The notes beneath the pieces were generated by a model. The model saw nothing but the letters and a program-made list of their open reading frames with translations, was not told the DNA's origin and did not search any database. Shown here one piece after another: positions 1 to 12,009 of a stretch of DNA of 64,000 bases (the stretch's first letter is position 1; each line of letters begins with the position of its first letter). Made by a program: the position numbers and the translations under genes. This DNA is from Phoronis australis (taxonomy: Eukaryota; Animalia; Phoronida), in contig NMRA01000006.1 of assembly GCA_002633005.1 (NCBI GenBank), positions 1,587,742 through 1,651,741 on the forward strand, given 5' to 3'.

Positions 1-396
1 GACTCGGAGTGCTTACCGACTTCTGGTTAAAATAAACACATCTCATGGCCTGACAATGTAGCTTGTGTGGTGCACTTAAGTGCACTAAAATAAGATGTCT
101 GCCACATTACTAACAAAGTCATTCAGGCTTAGTGTGGAACTTTGGATAAGGTTGGCCCAAAAAGCTCGAGTAATCTCAACATGGGTTGATTAATATTGGC
201 CGTGCTTTTTTAACTTGGTTGATCTTGCCAATAAGTATTAGTCAAGCTTAATGAATTGAGTATTTGTAAACAATTATCTTTGGCAGATCTTTGTTTAGAC
301 AATTCCTGAAGTATTAAGAATTCTTTCTGACTCAGTGTCTTGAATTTTATATTTTGTTCTGTCTGTTAACGGTCTTTGATATCTGTATGTTTTCAG

Positions 397-478
397 TATT
401 ATGCAAGCATGTTGTGACGTAGCGTTTGAATATGCACACCAGAGGGAGCAGTTTTCAAAAAAAATCGGAACATTTCAG
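397..478 (+). CDS. IVD: Isovaleryl-CoA dehydrogenase, internal exon (upstream exons lie outside the window)
   Basis: tttcag|...|gtatag boundaries; encodes IMQACCDVAFEYAHQREQFSKKIGTFQ, with the acyl-CoA dehydrogenase R-x-Q-F-x-x-x-I-x-x-F-Q motif; phase matches the next exon. Confidence 0.93.
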
Positions 479-783
479 GTATAGTTAATATTGACCTTCA
501 AGCTGAATGGTATGCCAGATTCTGTGTCTTTTTGGCTCTCAAAATTGCTTTTTAGAAGGAATGGTCAGCAAATAATTTTATGTGAACTTCACAAAATTAT
601 TTTCACAAGAGTTAGCTTCAGTGTAATGAGCTTGTGAACAATATGGTCAAAACAACTGTTTTGGTTTCATTGCTTGCCAGCGCTTGTTTTGTGACGTATT
701 TTGAATTTTACAGTGTTATTAATTGACATTTCTTCATTGGAAGTTGTACGTTATTTGTCTTCACGTTCTGTGCTTCGTAACAG

Positions 784-888
784 CTGATCCAAGGGAAGAT
801 GGCGGATATGTACACAACATTGAATGCCTGTCGGTCATACACTTACAATGTAGCAAGAGCTCTGGATAACGGACATCACGTGCCGAAG
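784..888 (+). CDS. IVD: Isovaleryl-CoA dehydrogenase, internal exon
   Basis: aacag|...|gtatag; 105 nt, phase 0/0; [35 protein letters not shown] matches the [11 protein letters not shown] segment. Confidence 0.95.
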
Positions 889-1036
889 GTATAGTATATT
901 TTGAAAAGACAAATGGGAGACTCGTGAACCAATGATAATTAGTTGTGTGTGACTTATGACCTGTAGTGTTACTAAGAGGTATGTTGAAGTATTTGATCAC
1001 AGCGGGTAACGGCAAATTTTTTTTTACGTATCTGCG

Positions 1037-1052
1037 CTCTCTCTCTCTCTCT
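1037..1052. repeat. (CT)n microsatellite
   Basis: Direct observation. Confidence 0.8.
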
Positions 1053-1176
1053 CCAGGATTGAAGTTGTAGATGGTGGAAACGTTAGAATGCACTCAATTG
1101 CAAACCTCGGCTAACTCCTGAAGCGGAGACTACTGTGTTATGTGTTTTTTGCTAAATTTGTAAGAATGGGCACAAT

Positions 1177-1673
1177 CAGGGCTTGGAATTTTCCGCGGAA
1201 ACACGGATTTCCGCTATTTTCAAATGTTCTCCGCGTATTTTATTGTATTTCCGCATAAAAAAATCGGATTTGATATCAAATTTCCACGGCAAATTCCTTT
1301 CTTACCGCTGCGTTGCAGGCGACGTTCACCTCGAAAAGCGGAAGTTGCTCTTTATGTTTTGGAGGAACGTAAATTGTCAACATTGCCGGGGCATCTGGGA
1401 TAGCGTGGTGGGATTTTCAATGGCGTCTCGTGTTATTGTAAACCGCGGCGACAAATACTACGGCTCTGGAGCCAAAAATGTGTGGGTTGGAAGTGGACGG
1501 ACGAGCTAAAAGGACGCAGACGCATGCTGCTGATGGTGGTAACATTTTTTTTTTTGGTCTTCCCGATTTTTATCGGGGAAAGTTTTGCATCGACCATTTC
1601 AAGGCTGGGTAGCGCGCATGATTTGGGCCGTAAAAGTTTCCGCGTTTTTTGTCATTGGTCATTCCAAGCCCTG
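1177..1673. mobile_element. Non-autonomous DNA transposon (MITE, hAT-like CAGGG...CCCTG ends) in an IVD intron
   Basis: Perfect 13-bp TIR cagggcttggaat/attccaagccctg flanked by direct ACAAT (1172-1176, 1674-1678); related copy at 63128-63350. Confidence 0.8.
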
Positions 1674-2936
1674 ACAATACTGAAAATCTGACAGCAATGA
1701 CTCAATATTTTACTGGTTGAGTCCACGTAAAACCACTGTAGACACATTTGGTGTGCCCGACAATCAAACGTGAGCATTGGGACTCAAACTTTTAGCGTGG
1801 TAGTTAAATTTTAGCATGGGGGTACTCCAAATTTGGCCATGATGAGCCTCCATGCTAAAAATAACTAGTGAGAAGGGTGCGTCTTTTGTGTTGTATTAGA
1901 GTGCCCTTTGGGTACTTTGCACAAAAATAGAGAATCCTACACTTGTCTCGGATTTATCACATGGGCAAAACCTCTTGGAAATTTAGTCAAAATCCCGAGG
2001 CTGAACTGTAAAAATGATCTTTTTTTGCCGAAAAACTGGGCGTGCATAAAACTTTCAGCTACACGATGCAACTTTTTAAAAACATGCACGCTTGCTCAAA
2101 GTAAAGTAAACTCAGTTACTTTTTGCTAATAGTTTTCTTAACAAATGTTTAAGTATAGTCTTTGAAGTTGTAATATTAAAACTTAACAAATAATGTTTAT
2201 AAATAACAGTCAGCAGGGCTTTCTCGCGTGTGAGCACTGAATTGACTTTGAAAGAGCACAACTAGACAGTCTCACCGCGTTTCTTGAGTTGGGGCTCGTC
2301 TCTGTTTGAATGAATGTAGATATGGAACTCGCCGCCGAAGATGGGTCAGTTTAAGAACTCTGCATGTCCTTCCGACTAGGAGTACATACAATTGTGACTC
2401 TCGATTTGTCAATCATCATCTTGTCACCTTCACAGAATTCCGGCATTGCTTGGTTGGCGCACATTTAGTGTTTTGCAGAGATGATAAAATGTAACGTGCA
2501 TAGACTTCTACATTGCACTACTTTGTGATTCGCCCATGTGATATCAAAAAGTTATGTACTCTGTGTTATTAACCAGTTGTGTCATAACACATTCCAAGTC
2601 ATGGGAGAAATGGAGTTGTTCCATCAAGTTTTTGGTCAATGGGTAGTAAGTCCTTAGTTGATATGGTATTTGAAAAGTTTTCGGTGTAAATGGGGTTGAT
2701 CTCAGGGTCGTCGTATTATTCTTTGTTGAGTAGTAAGTTTTTAAGTGCCATCTCTGTCAATCATTTCAAGTCCATTGGTAAGTGGAAAATGTTCAGCACA
2801 TTCAACAAACCTTGACTCTTGCCATCTCTATAAATTATTGTGAACTTGATGCTTTGATAAATTTTGTCATTTTACCAGAAATTCTCTTGATAAACCTATC
2901 AGGTGGCAGGAAGTTTGATTGAGAAACATTGGAATG

Positions 2937-3018
2937 ACAATAATGATAGTGATAGTGATAATGATAATGATAGTGATAATAATTGATAATGATAATGATA
3001 GTGATAATAATTGATAAT
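2937..3018. repeat. Imperfect (GATAAT/GATAGT)n simple repeat
   Basis: Direct observation. Confidence 0.85.
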
Positions 3019-3292
3019 CGGGATCACATTTCCACTGCTCTTGAAACTGACTTTGTTGTATTCAAAATTCATAACAATAGGTACCTTATCAAAGTATTAC
3101 GAAAGGTACCTGAATCAGAACCGTAAGCCTTGACATATTAAAGCTTTCAAGCCATCAAGGGTCCTTCTTTAATGACAACTCGCATCACTTTGTAGACGAA
3201 TTGAAAGTAAGTTTTGAATGTCATTCAAAACATTGGTCTTTTGGCACAAAACCCTCTGCCCTCTTCTGTCACCCCTGTTTTTATATTTTCAG

Positions 3293-3365
3293 GACTGTGC
3301 TGGTGTTATTCTGTATGTTGCCGAAGCTGCCACCAAAGTGGCATTAGATGCTATACAGATTCTAG
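3293..3365 (+). CDS. IVD: Isovaleryl-CoA dehydrogenase, penultimate exon
   Basis: ttttcag|...|gtaaag; DCAGVILYVAEAATKVALDAIQIL(G). Confidence 0.95.
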
Positions 3366-4281
3366 GTAAAGTATACATTAAAATATAGTGCAGGTGATCC
3401 AATACACATTAGATCAGACATGCGCAGGCTAGTAAGCTTTGCCCATTGTACTAAACACCTGAAACCATTTTTTTTGTTTATTAACAAATTATACATGTAA
3501 CACATATACACAAATTAAGACTGAGCTGAGAAGCTAGAATCCTGAGTCGAGGATCTAGCAGTGGGATCCAATGGGATTTGACCTCATGACACTTAACCCA
3601 CTAGGTGGCACTGCCTCCTCAGAGTGGCTGATGAAGTAAGCTTTATTATTTATCTTTGTATGCGGGGCTATCAACAATATAACATAATTTTCATGAAAAA
3701 AAATCGTCGAAAGTTTAATAAATTGAAATTGAAACTTACATTAATATAGGAAATTCATTAGTCATTCTTTGCAGTATTTCACACCCGCCGTGTCTCACTG
3801 TGTGTGTGTCGTCAGCTTATACTCTGTGGTGGCATTACTGCGTCATTTTATCTTCACTTGAGAATGAAACAAGTATGTTTCGAAATATCGTGTGTCTTTT
3901 AATTATGTCGCTAGGTCAGTTACTGTATCTATGTTCAGTAGAGAGTAGAGTTTTGTTCAGAAAGTATGAACGCAACGGAATAAAGACCGTGAACAATGAA
4001 AAGTGTCGTGCATTCAACAAATTCTGTATAATATAGGAAGCTGTAGCAGCATTTTGACTATTCATTTTCATCATCTACAATAAAACATTTGGTCATGTTA
4101 TTGATATCATAATTTTGTTAAATTTTACTGAAAAGACATGGTCACATGACCCAACTGATGGTAGATTGATAAGAAGTTGAAAACAAGTTTCCTCAGGCTT
4201 TCTCCTTTCAGAAAATGCATGCTTTTTTACTGAGTTAAGCTCCATTAGATTTAAAGATATTTGGCTGAATGCAGACTTGTG

Positions 4282-4660
4282 ATAAGGTCCTACATAAGCT
4301 GACACTGTTCATAAGGTCCTACATAAGCTGACACTGTTCATAAGGTCCTACATAACCTGACACTGTTCATAAGGTCCTACATAAGCTGACACTGTTCATA
4401 AGGTCCTACATAAGCTGACACTGTTCATAAGGTCCTACATAACCTGACACTGTCCATAAGGTCCTACATAACCCGACACTGTCCATAAGGTCCTACATAA
4501 CCCGACACTGTCCATAAGGTCCTACATAACCCGACACTGTCCATAAGGTCCTACATAACCCGACACTGTCCATAAGGTCCTACATAACCTGACACTGTCC
4601 ATAAGGTCCTACATAACCTGACACTGTCCATAAGGTCCTACATAACCTGACACTGTTCAT
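4282..4660. repeat. 29-bp minisatellite, about 13 copies (ataaggtcctacataa[gc/cc][t/c]gacactgt[t/c]c)
   Basis: Head-to-tail units with no spacers; ends about 13 nt before the IVD last exon. Confidence 0.95.
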
Positions 4661-4673
4661 TTTGGATTCCTAG

Positions 4674-4822
4674 GTGGAAACGGTTACATCAACGACTATC
4701 CCACTGGGCGGTTCTTACGTGATGCTAAGTTGTATGAGATAGGTGCTGGCACCAGTGAGGTTAGACGACTATTGATTGGTCGAGCTTTGAATGAAGAATA
4801 TGGGGTCAAGAGGTCAGCGTGA
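4674..4822 (+). CDS. IVD: Isovaleryl-CoA dehydrogenase, terminal coding exon
   Basis: cctag acceptor; [49 protein letters not shown]; GGNGY and [14 protein letters not shown] are diagnostic of IVD; TGA at 4820-4822. Confidence 0.96.
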
Positions 4823-4952
4823 TGACATTTCCTGCAGCATTTCAGGGGATGGTGTTACGTCACAGTCTTTTTGATATTCTATACTTTAAATCATGCGTGC
4901 ATTGTTTTCACATTTTATCACCTCTTTATTCTAAAAGTGCACGTGAAGGCTA

Positions 4953-4958
4953 AATAAA
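4953..4958 (+). promoter_or_regulatory. Candidate proximal poly(A) signal of IVD
   Basis: AATAAA about 130 nt after the stop codon. Confidence 0.45.
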
Positions 4959-4964
4959 GCTAAT

Positions 4965-5202
4965 CTACTGGACTGACATGTTATTGACATTTGTAGATAA
5001 ACTGGTGTATCTAGGATATCCTAAGGGGGGGTGGACCAATCCCAACTTTTGAGCAATAACTTTTAAGGCTGTGTCTGTAGAGGGGCACATTTCCTTCAAC
5101 AGTTCAGGAAATTATAAGATCTACCGTCCCAGAAACTGAATTCGAGGGAATGGGATGCCCTCAAAGATGTAGAAAATTTTATTTGTCTATCCAGTCCAGT
5201 AG
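4965..5202. mobile_element. Probable MITE in or next to the IVD 3' UTR
   Basis: Perfect 11-bp inverted ends ctactggactg (4965-4975) / cagtccagtag (5192-5202), including TA dinucleotides that could be the TSD. Confidence 0.5.
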
Positions 5203-6532
5203 CTGTTTCGTGAAAAGTGACTAAAGTCCTAAGTCAGCCATTTTAACTTACACTGTGCTTGAATGAAATGAAGTTTTTTCTATGTAACTGTGTTAGCACA
5301 TCACAGTCTAGAAAAGTGATGAAAATCGTCTGGGAAACTAGCAATCATGAATATATTTTCAAAGACCTTATACTTTTTGTTGAGTTGAGAAAATTATGTT
5401 AGGGGAATAGTTTTGTGGAGTTCAAGAAGAAATTTCTGACCTAAGTCAATTTTCCGAAAAAGGACGCAAGTAGATTATAATCAACTCATTTAGTGTAATA
5501 ACTCACCCGTTTGGTGTTTACCAAAATTAAGTTCTAAAATTATCCATCCATATCAGATCTTCGATACTTTAAGCTGTTGTGTACAGTTTATGAAAGTGAA
5601 TGTACAAAACGTGGACTTTTGTTAAAGGTTCTATTGTTACAATGCAGGGAAAATGTTTTGATTGTTTTGATAAACAAAATGTGTTGGGGAACTGGTTTGT
5701 GCTAAGTTATTATGTCTCAAGTACAATGTTGTCTGTAAATAACCTTAAAAGTTCCTCAGTCAACCATTGTTGTGAAGTGCTAGGTTGTAATATGAATGGA
5801 GGCAACTTATCAATGATGTTTTATTGTGAAAGAATCTTGTTTTCGTGTAAAGTCATGCAAATTAAGAATTAAAATCATACTAAACAAAAATCCTATTTTT
5901 GTTTTTCGGGTGGTGGCATGTTTATTCACGACTGTTTAAATTGTGCCTTAACTTACATACTGCGTTTTCCCGTTGCTCCCAACTTGTTCGATTCTATAGT
6001 CAACAACAAGTTGGGAAGTTTACCCCTGTAGCCAATATCTTACATGACTGATTAACTCCATTCTGGCATTTATGGTTGGAGGCCAGCTCTCTTTTGTTCG
6101 ATAATTGTTCTAATCTCCAGTGAGATGGTATCTAGCCTGACTGGGCTGTGCTTTTAAATATAAAAAGTTAAGTTATAATATATTTGAACATAAACCAATA
6201 GCATTTCTGAAATCCTCGTCAAATAGTTCTTGAATCGCCAAAATCGCTCAACTGCAACCGAACTTAAATAATTTATTCTTTCCGAATGTATCAATTCACT
6301 CTGCCGGGGTTTGACGTTGTTCACACGTGGTTTGTAATAAGCTTGGTAAGCTAGATAATTGGCGTGCCTGTTATAACAGACAAAAGAGTGTGCTTGGCAG
6401 TTAACAAAGAACACAGAACCCCCTTCGTCTGGTAAAGTCACTGAATGGGAAAACGCTGTCATGTAAGAAAGAAGTATTCTGTAATCTCTGTGTGTTTGAT
6501 TTCGAACCATGCACTCCAAAAGATCAATAAAA

Positions 6533-6588
6533 ATATATATATATATACATTTACATATACATATACATATATATATATATATATATAT
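6533..6588. repeat. (TA)n/(TACA)n microsatellite
   Basis: Direct observation. Confidence 0.9.
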
Positions 6589-6788
6589 AATAAAATTGAT
6601 TGTTGTAAAGCAGTTGGTGATGAGGTTAGAGAGGTACATGTAAGAAGACGACTATGTCGCTGAAATGTAGCTAGGTACATTCCTGGGGTAAACGCCCTCC
6701 CTCGGTGATGAAGCACACCAAGTAAAATCAATTCAAAACTGTAGGCTGGCTATGTGGTTGTTTTTGTGTATCATTTATTTCCCTGTAA

Positions 6789-6794
6789 AATAAA
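6789..6794 (+). promoter_or_regulatory. Candidate distal poly(A) signal of IVD
   Basis: AATAAA followed about 20 nt later by a GT/T-rich tract (gtgcttttttggtcttggtgttt). Confidence 0.4.
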
Positions 6795-7249
6795 AATACA
6801 GTAATGCACGTGCTTTTTTGGTCTTGGTGTTTTATATAACTGCCCTCATTCGTACTTATACACTTTTGGATCTAGCATAACGTAAAGAGGCCTAAGTGGA
6901 GTTTTTAAAGGAAAACGTTCGCTTACCCCTGAAATTGGCATGTTGACACCTTTTTGGTGGTGTTCAAGGGGCGTTGAGCCCCCTGGGCAATCTTCTAAAC
7001 CATTATATTATTCAAATTGCCGCATTTAACATTGATGACATGAAAGCGACATCGTCGCCTCATTTCTCAACAAAAGCAAAGGCCAGGGCTAACCAGAACT
7101 TCAGCGTCTTCATGGACATGTTTCTCTGTGTGGTGGTGATTTACCCTTTTAGTTATGATGAGAGAAGTTATGTTTCTTGTCAGTTGGGGTTTACTTGGGT
7201 GTGAGGTGCAGTTCTCGCTTTAAATTTCTTGATCCAAAATTAGACTCCC

Positions 7250-7319
7250 TAGTCGAACCTGCACGAGACGATCTCGAGAGATTACAATTCCATCGCCTCA
7301 ACCACTCCTCCACCTCTAC
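7250..7319 (-). pseudogene. Decayed tRNA-Ser copy (TGA-type body)
   Basis: gaacctgcacgagacgatctc...ccatcgcctcaaccactcctccacctctac is colinear with the intact copy at 9193; part of the T arm is deleted and the anticodon is mutated. Confidence 0.7.
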
Positions 7320-8619
7320 TAATAACAAATTCCCAATATTCAGACTGTTCTCCTTCAGATGTCTGTGGTCAGTTCTGAGACCCGTTTTGCCAAAGCTTTA
7401 TGTCTGACTTCAGCTAAGGTGGTGGTAACCTATATTTTTATTGAGACATACTAAAGCTGCATTGAACCCGTGCTTTCTGTCAATATATCCGAGTTTTGAT
7501 TTAGGCCATTTACCTGATTTATACAATCAAATTTATTCCTCCCACAATCCCCCTCGAGTACTACCATGAGATACGGACATGCGCAAAGCGAACCATTCCA
7601 CGGACTTACTTTCTGGAGGAAGACGCGTTTTTCCTTCGGAAAGTTCATACGCGCAAGTTTACCTCGACCGCTCTTAAATTGCATGACTCTTTGCTGCTGA
7701 GCATGTTCTTGTTATTATTACACCATATTGGAAGTTCTACAAGGGAAGATTTTTCTGCGAAACAAGTTCACCGACTCTGTGTGACTCGGCTGATCACCCG
7801 TTGGTTGTTCTTTTGACTCAAATTAGAAGTGATTTCTGGCTCCGGAAGGTAGTTCGCTATTTCTTTAGACCACGCCCATAAAGTGTCACCCCGTGCCCTA
7901 AAATTTCATGAGCTTTCTCTGATCGAGAAATAACGCGATGTTGGTTCTCTCCAAGCCCATGAACCACACCTATACTGACTGAGGAACACTTTGAGGCCAA
8001 TTTCATAACAGTAAATGTCCTAAATCATTTTTGATGGAACACGTGTTTAATTCCGCTGGCTCGAGAAGGTAGCGGTTGAGTCTCAATACGATAACTTACC
8101 AACTTAACGTCAGTAAGCAACGCTTCGATCGGACAAAAAACGTAGCATCTCGTTCGTTATAAGAGCCTATGGAGTGACCGTCTTGGATTAGACCCAGCGT
8201 GTAAACTTTAACATAACGAGTTGCGAGCTTGCATCCGCTTAGCTACTGTGTGGCAGTAAAACTACTGAATGTGGCATCAACACACGGTAGTCTTTTAAAC
8301 CTGGCATAGAACCTCAAAAAAATTCTTGCTATTGCCACCATTGGTTCCCTCATCAAAACGACATACTAGAACACCCGTGAGTGATGCGAAGCTGCTAGGC
8401 CGCTAGAAACTGAAATCAACGCATTCTTATCTGTGGGTGTGGACGCCTCAAATCACATTCTGAAAGATAAGTGCGTATTTTAATTTGTGTTGCTGAGTGG
8501 TATTGGCCTAGTTGTTTTTTTATTCGATCGTGTCTTGGTAGTGAGTGTCGTTGAAAGTCCCGTAGGCGAACGGTGTCATATGGAGTGACTATGTTTTGAT
8601 TGCGAGTACACAGATAAGA

Positions 8620-8935
8620 TCCCGGGAACAGGTCGAGATGTTTTGAAAACGCAACTTTTTACGGGGATACGATGTACTTTGACACGTATCCACAATCCCC
8701 AAACGCAACAGTTTGAAAATGCCTGCGTCACGATAAGTTAGCGAACGTAATATTCGTGTGGACGGACGGAAACGCAACTTTTCGGAAACGCTGATGTTAG
8801 GGATGTCGTGTGGACGGAAAAAAGTTACATACGCAAAAAGTTGAATTTCTGGTTCGGCGAATTCGTATGGATGGATAGCCTAACGTTTTGAAAAAGATAC
8901 GTGAGGCGAAGATGGAGAACATTTTAAAAACGCCT
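8620..8935. mobile_element. Degenerate non-autonomous DNA transposon fragment with internal subrepeats
   Basis: Recurrent cgtgtggacgg and aaacgcaacttttt motifs; no clean termini seen. Confidence 0.35.
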
Positions 8936-9192
8936 TTTGGCAGAGTTTCGGTCTGCTGGATTCGAACCCAATGGCGAGGGGTTACGATGAGCATGTTCCT
9001 TACGAAAAAGGCGAGTCCACGTCATAGTCTCGGTGAGATATTGCACATCAGAGGCACCTAATCACATTGCCTTTTCTACGCCTCGCAGCGTTCCGATATC
9101 TGCGGTGACATTCGGTGTGGAGTTGCATCGCTGGGCGCTTTTGAGATAAAAAGTAAAGCCCATGCCGGCATTCTTGTCATGAAAGCGGCCCA

Positions 9193-9274
9193 CGTAGTCG
9201 GCAGGGTTCGAACCTGCGCGGGATAATCCCAATGGATTTCAAGTCCATCGCCTTAACCACTCGGCCACGACTAC
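9193..9274 (-). tRNA. tRNA-Ser(TGA)
   Basis: 82 nt GTAGTCGTGGCCGAGTGGTTAAGGCGATGGAC-TTGAAA-TCCAT...GGTTCGAACCCTGCCGACTACG; intact stems, long variable arm, G73. Confidence 0.96.
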
Positions 9275-11037
9275 TACGAGTAGAAACCGCCTTTTTAAAA
9301 ACTTGTCTTGCTTTCTTCCTTTGCCTTGAACATGGAAACACTGGAATATGATTTTGTTCCAGGCTCATAAGTTGTTCTTGTCATGGCAGTTGTTTTGTTC
9401 GGTCAAAGTGAACTAATAGATATTTAATAACTTTAAATCGGCTTCTGGAGGGAAAAGAGTCTGAGAGGGCACTTGAGACTGACGAAGCATCCCACCAACG
9501 CTGTCAAACTTCATGATTTCTCGACGCTTCTTTTACTTGCTTTAAATGATCTGGGGGATGTTAATTGTTTTCTATCAAGATTTTAATAAGTTTGAGACGC
9601 TGGCCAAGTAATTCCGATTTATACCTAGTTTATGCTTTGAGACTTGTCCTGTTAAAGCGACATTAAACACCAGCTTTCTGTCAAAAACAAGTTTTGGTTT
9701 AGGCCTATTTACCATTATGAAATTGGTCTCAAATTATTCCTTAGTCAAATAGGTGTGATTTCTTGGCTTGGACAGAACTAACAGTTCGTCATGTTTTCAG
9801 ACCGAGCTCTTAAAATTTCAGGTCACGCCGGCCGTGGTGTTTCGTAAGGAACAAGTCACATATCAATTTATAACGGTATATATAGTGATCTAAATATCAA
9901 AACACGGGTTTAATGACGCTTTAAACATAGGCGGTTTAAGCCCCCCCCCCCCNTATTGAGGTTAGTAAGTAGGAGCGGTAGCGGATGAAGGGGGGGGGGC
10001 TCAGACCGCGGGGGAATCGTGTTCTCGTTTTTTTATTTTAGTCCACCGATAGATTTTGCGAACAGGAAGTGCACATCCTCGGCCCCCGCAACTTTCGGGC
10101 CGCCTGTACATACAATCGCGCTTTGCCAATTCCCCGAGGCAACATGTTGCCCCCCTTTATGTTATCCTAGATCCGCCACTGTTAAATAGCAAAATAATTT
10201 TCATAACTTCATAGTGCAGATCCAGGGGGTACAGCGGGTGCGGTTCCCCTGCTCTGTCACTTTCGTCCAGTTTCGAACACCCCATACAAAATCTTGAATC
10301 CGTGCCTGAAAAATTATTGTATTTGTAATTGTGCAATTTGCGGACTCGATCAACATAACTTTCAGTTAACCAACTTTCGAAGTCCACTCGTCGCTATCGG
10401 ATTGCATAAAGCCACGGCCGCCACGCACGATTGGGCTTGTACATTAGCGGCATGACCATTCACCATTTCACTAATAGCGTCTCCCCGCATGAGAGGCCAC
10501 TCTCGACTGATTAACTGCCCATCTTACCACATCGGTTGACAAGACTCTGCCTAGGCGCCGGGCGATGTCAAAAACAACAACCACCTCCGGTGTTGTCACG
10601 ATTATTATTAGCGTCAAAATCCAATTTCAGTCCATGTGTGAAGGAGAAAATACACGCCCACGGAATTAAAAATTTTGTTTACAAGAAATGTAGGCTTCGT
10701 TATATGATATTCACCCGCGGTCGTCGAAAGCCTGGTTTGTTTTTCTCACGTAAGGTAGACACACTGCATGGGCGGCCCACCATATGGGGCTGGGGGGGAA
10801 TATAGCTCCACTTTTTTCAGTGCTGCTTCGCCCATGACTATGCGAGATACCTCCACAATGCGTTTTGTTTTTTATATAGCATCACACCGTATGCATGTCA
10901 TGGACAATCATTATGGATTTCCATCATAGATAAAAATTTATGTTTCCATATGGGCTTTAACGTTACGCTGCGACATCAGAACCACGCGGCGCTCACTTGT
11001 TATGAACAACCAATGCAATTCTACTTCTGTCCACGAT

Positions 11038-11080
11038 AATGTCATGTCCATAGACATGTGATGTCTATGGTCGTGTCATT
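11038..11080. repeat. Short palindrome/hairpin (ccatagacat-gtg-atgtctatgg)
   Basis: Perfect 10-bp stem with imperfect extension. Confidence 0.6.
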
Positions 11081-11947
11081 GGGACGCCGAATACGCGTAG
11101 TGCATACGCGCACCCGGGGGGGGGGCTCGGGTGACTCGAACGAAAGTGAAGTAGCGTACGAAAGCCCGACTTTTCGGTCACTGGTGGCAATCACGGCCTT
11201 GGATTGGCTATCATCTTTTTATTCCAAATCGAAGTCAAAATCATGTTTTTCATATTCTATCCTACTTATGTGCGAGCTGGAAGTCAATGACCATAATTCT
11301 ATATGCTGAAGTGCATACTGGCTTACGTGGACAGCTTTCTAATCCTGAATGCACTTATAGGTGGTGACCCCAACTTTTAGGCTAGAAGTTCGAGTCTGAC
11401 CTCGAGTTTTCACTCGAAATCTCGAGCTTACTAGAGTGTATAACACAGGGGCCATCAAATGCGAACTTGGATTAGAAACTAATATGATAAACCATATAAT
11501 GTACTCGAGCACAGACGACGCCCCGATTAGTGAGTCACTAATTGTCTGGTGTTAGTACAAAAGTAGAACATAGAATGCCAAAAACAATTAGTCGAGTTCG
11601 ATTACAAGTGCAACGATCAAACACCGGGCCCTTTTTTGTTGTATTAATACGACTGCTATAATCTTGAACGGTTTTGTTTATGGCGCAATAAAAGAATAGT
11701 CTCTGCTTGGGTAAATTGCGTAACCACGAATCATGAAACTTTGAACCATCAGATATCGAATACACCGGATTGCAATGCAGTGAGAGATAATTAGAGATTA
11801 CCAACTTAAATATTTAATGGCGATTCGCGGCCTATTCGAAATTAATCACTCTCTTAAAATTACAAGTAACAATTACTAACATTTCCGTAACCCGCGATGG
11901 TGGGCCATGAATGTGACTCTATTCAAGAGGGACACAAACCAGACGGC

Positions 11948-12009
11948 AAGGCGATGGACTAGAAATCCACTGGGATCTTTCCGCGCTTGTTCGAGTCCTG
12001 TCGACTACC
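11948..12009 (+). pseudogene. 5'-truncated tRNA-Ser(AGA) pseudogene
   Basis: aaggcgatggactagaaatccactgggatctttccgcgcttgttcgagtcctgtcgactacc; lacks the 5' acceptor strand and A box; several stem substitutions. Confidence 0.85.

Noticed and set aside
3598-3611. CCACTAGGTGGCAC as a CTCF site
   Set aside because: Good motif match, but it overlaps an A-box-like part of a probable tRNA/SINE relic on the minus strand; a single motif cannot show binding.
4282-4660. 29-bp repeats as a CRISPR array
   Set aside because: Units are contiguous with no unique spacers, there are no cas genes, and the context is a eukaryotic intron.
4820-4825. TGATGA at the IVD stop as selenocysteine or readthrough
   Set aside because: The stop falls at about the normal IVD C-terminus and no SECIS was recognised.
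6154-6731. ORFs of 161, 72 and 90 aa
   Set aside because: They run through the (TA)n microsatellite (IYIYIY) and have no recognisable domain.
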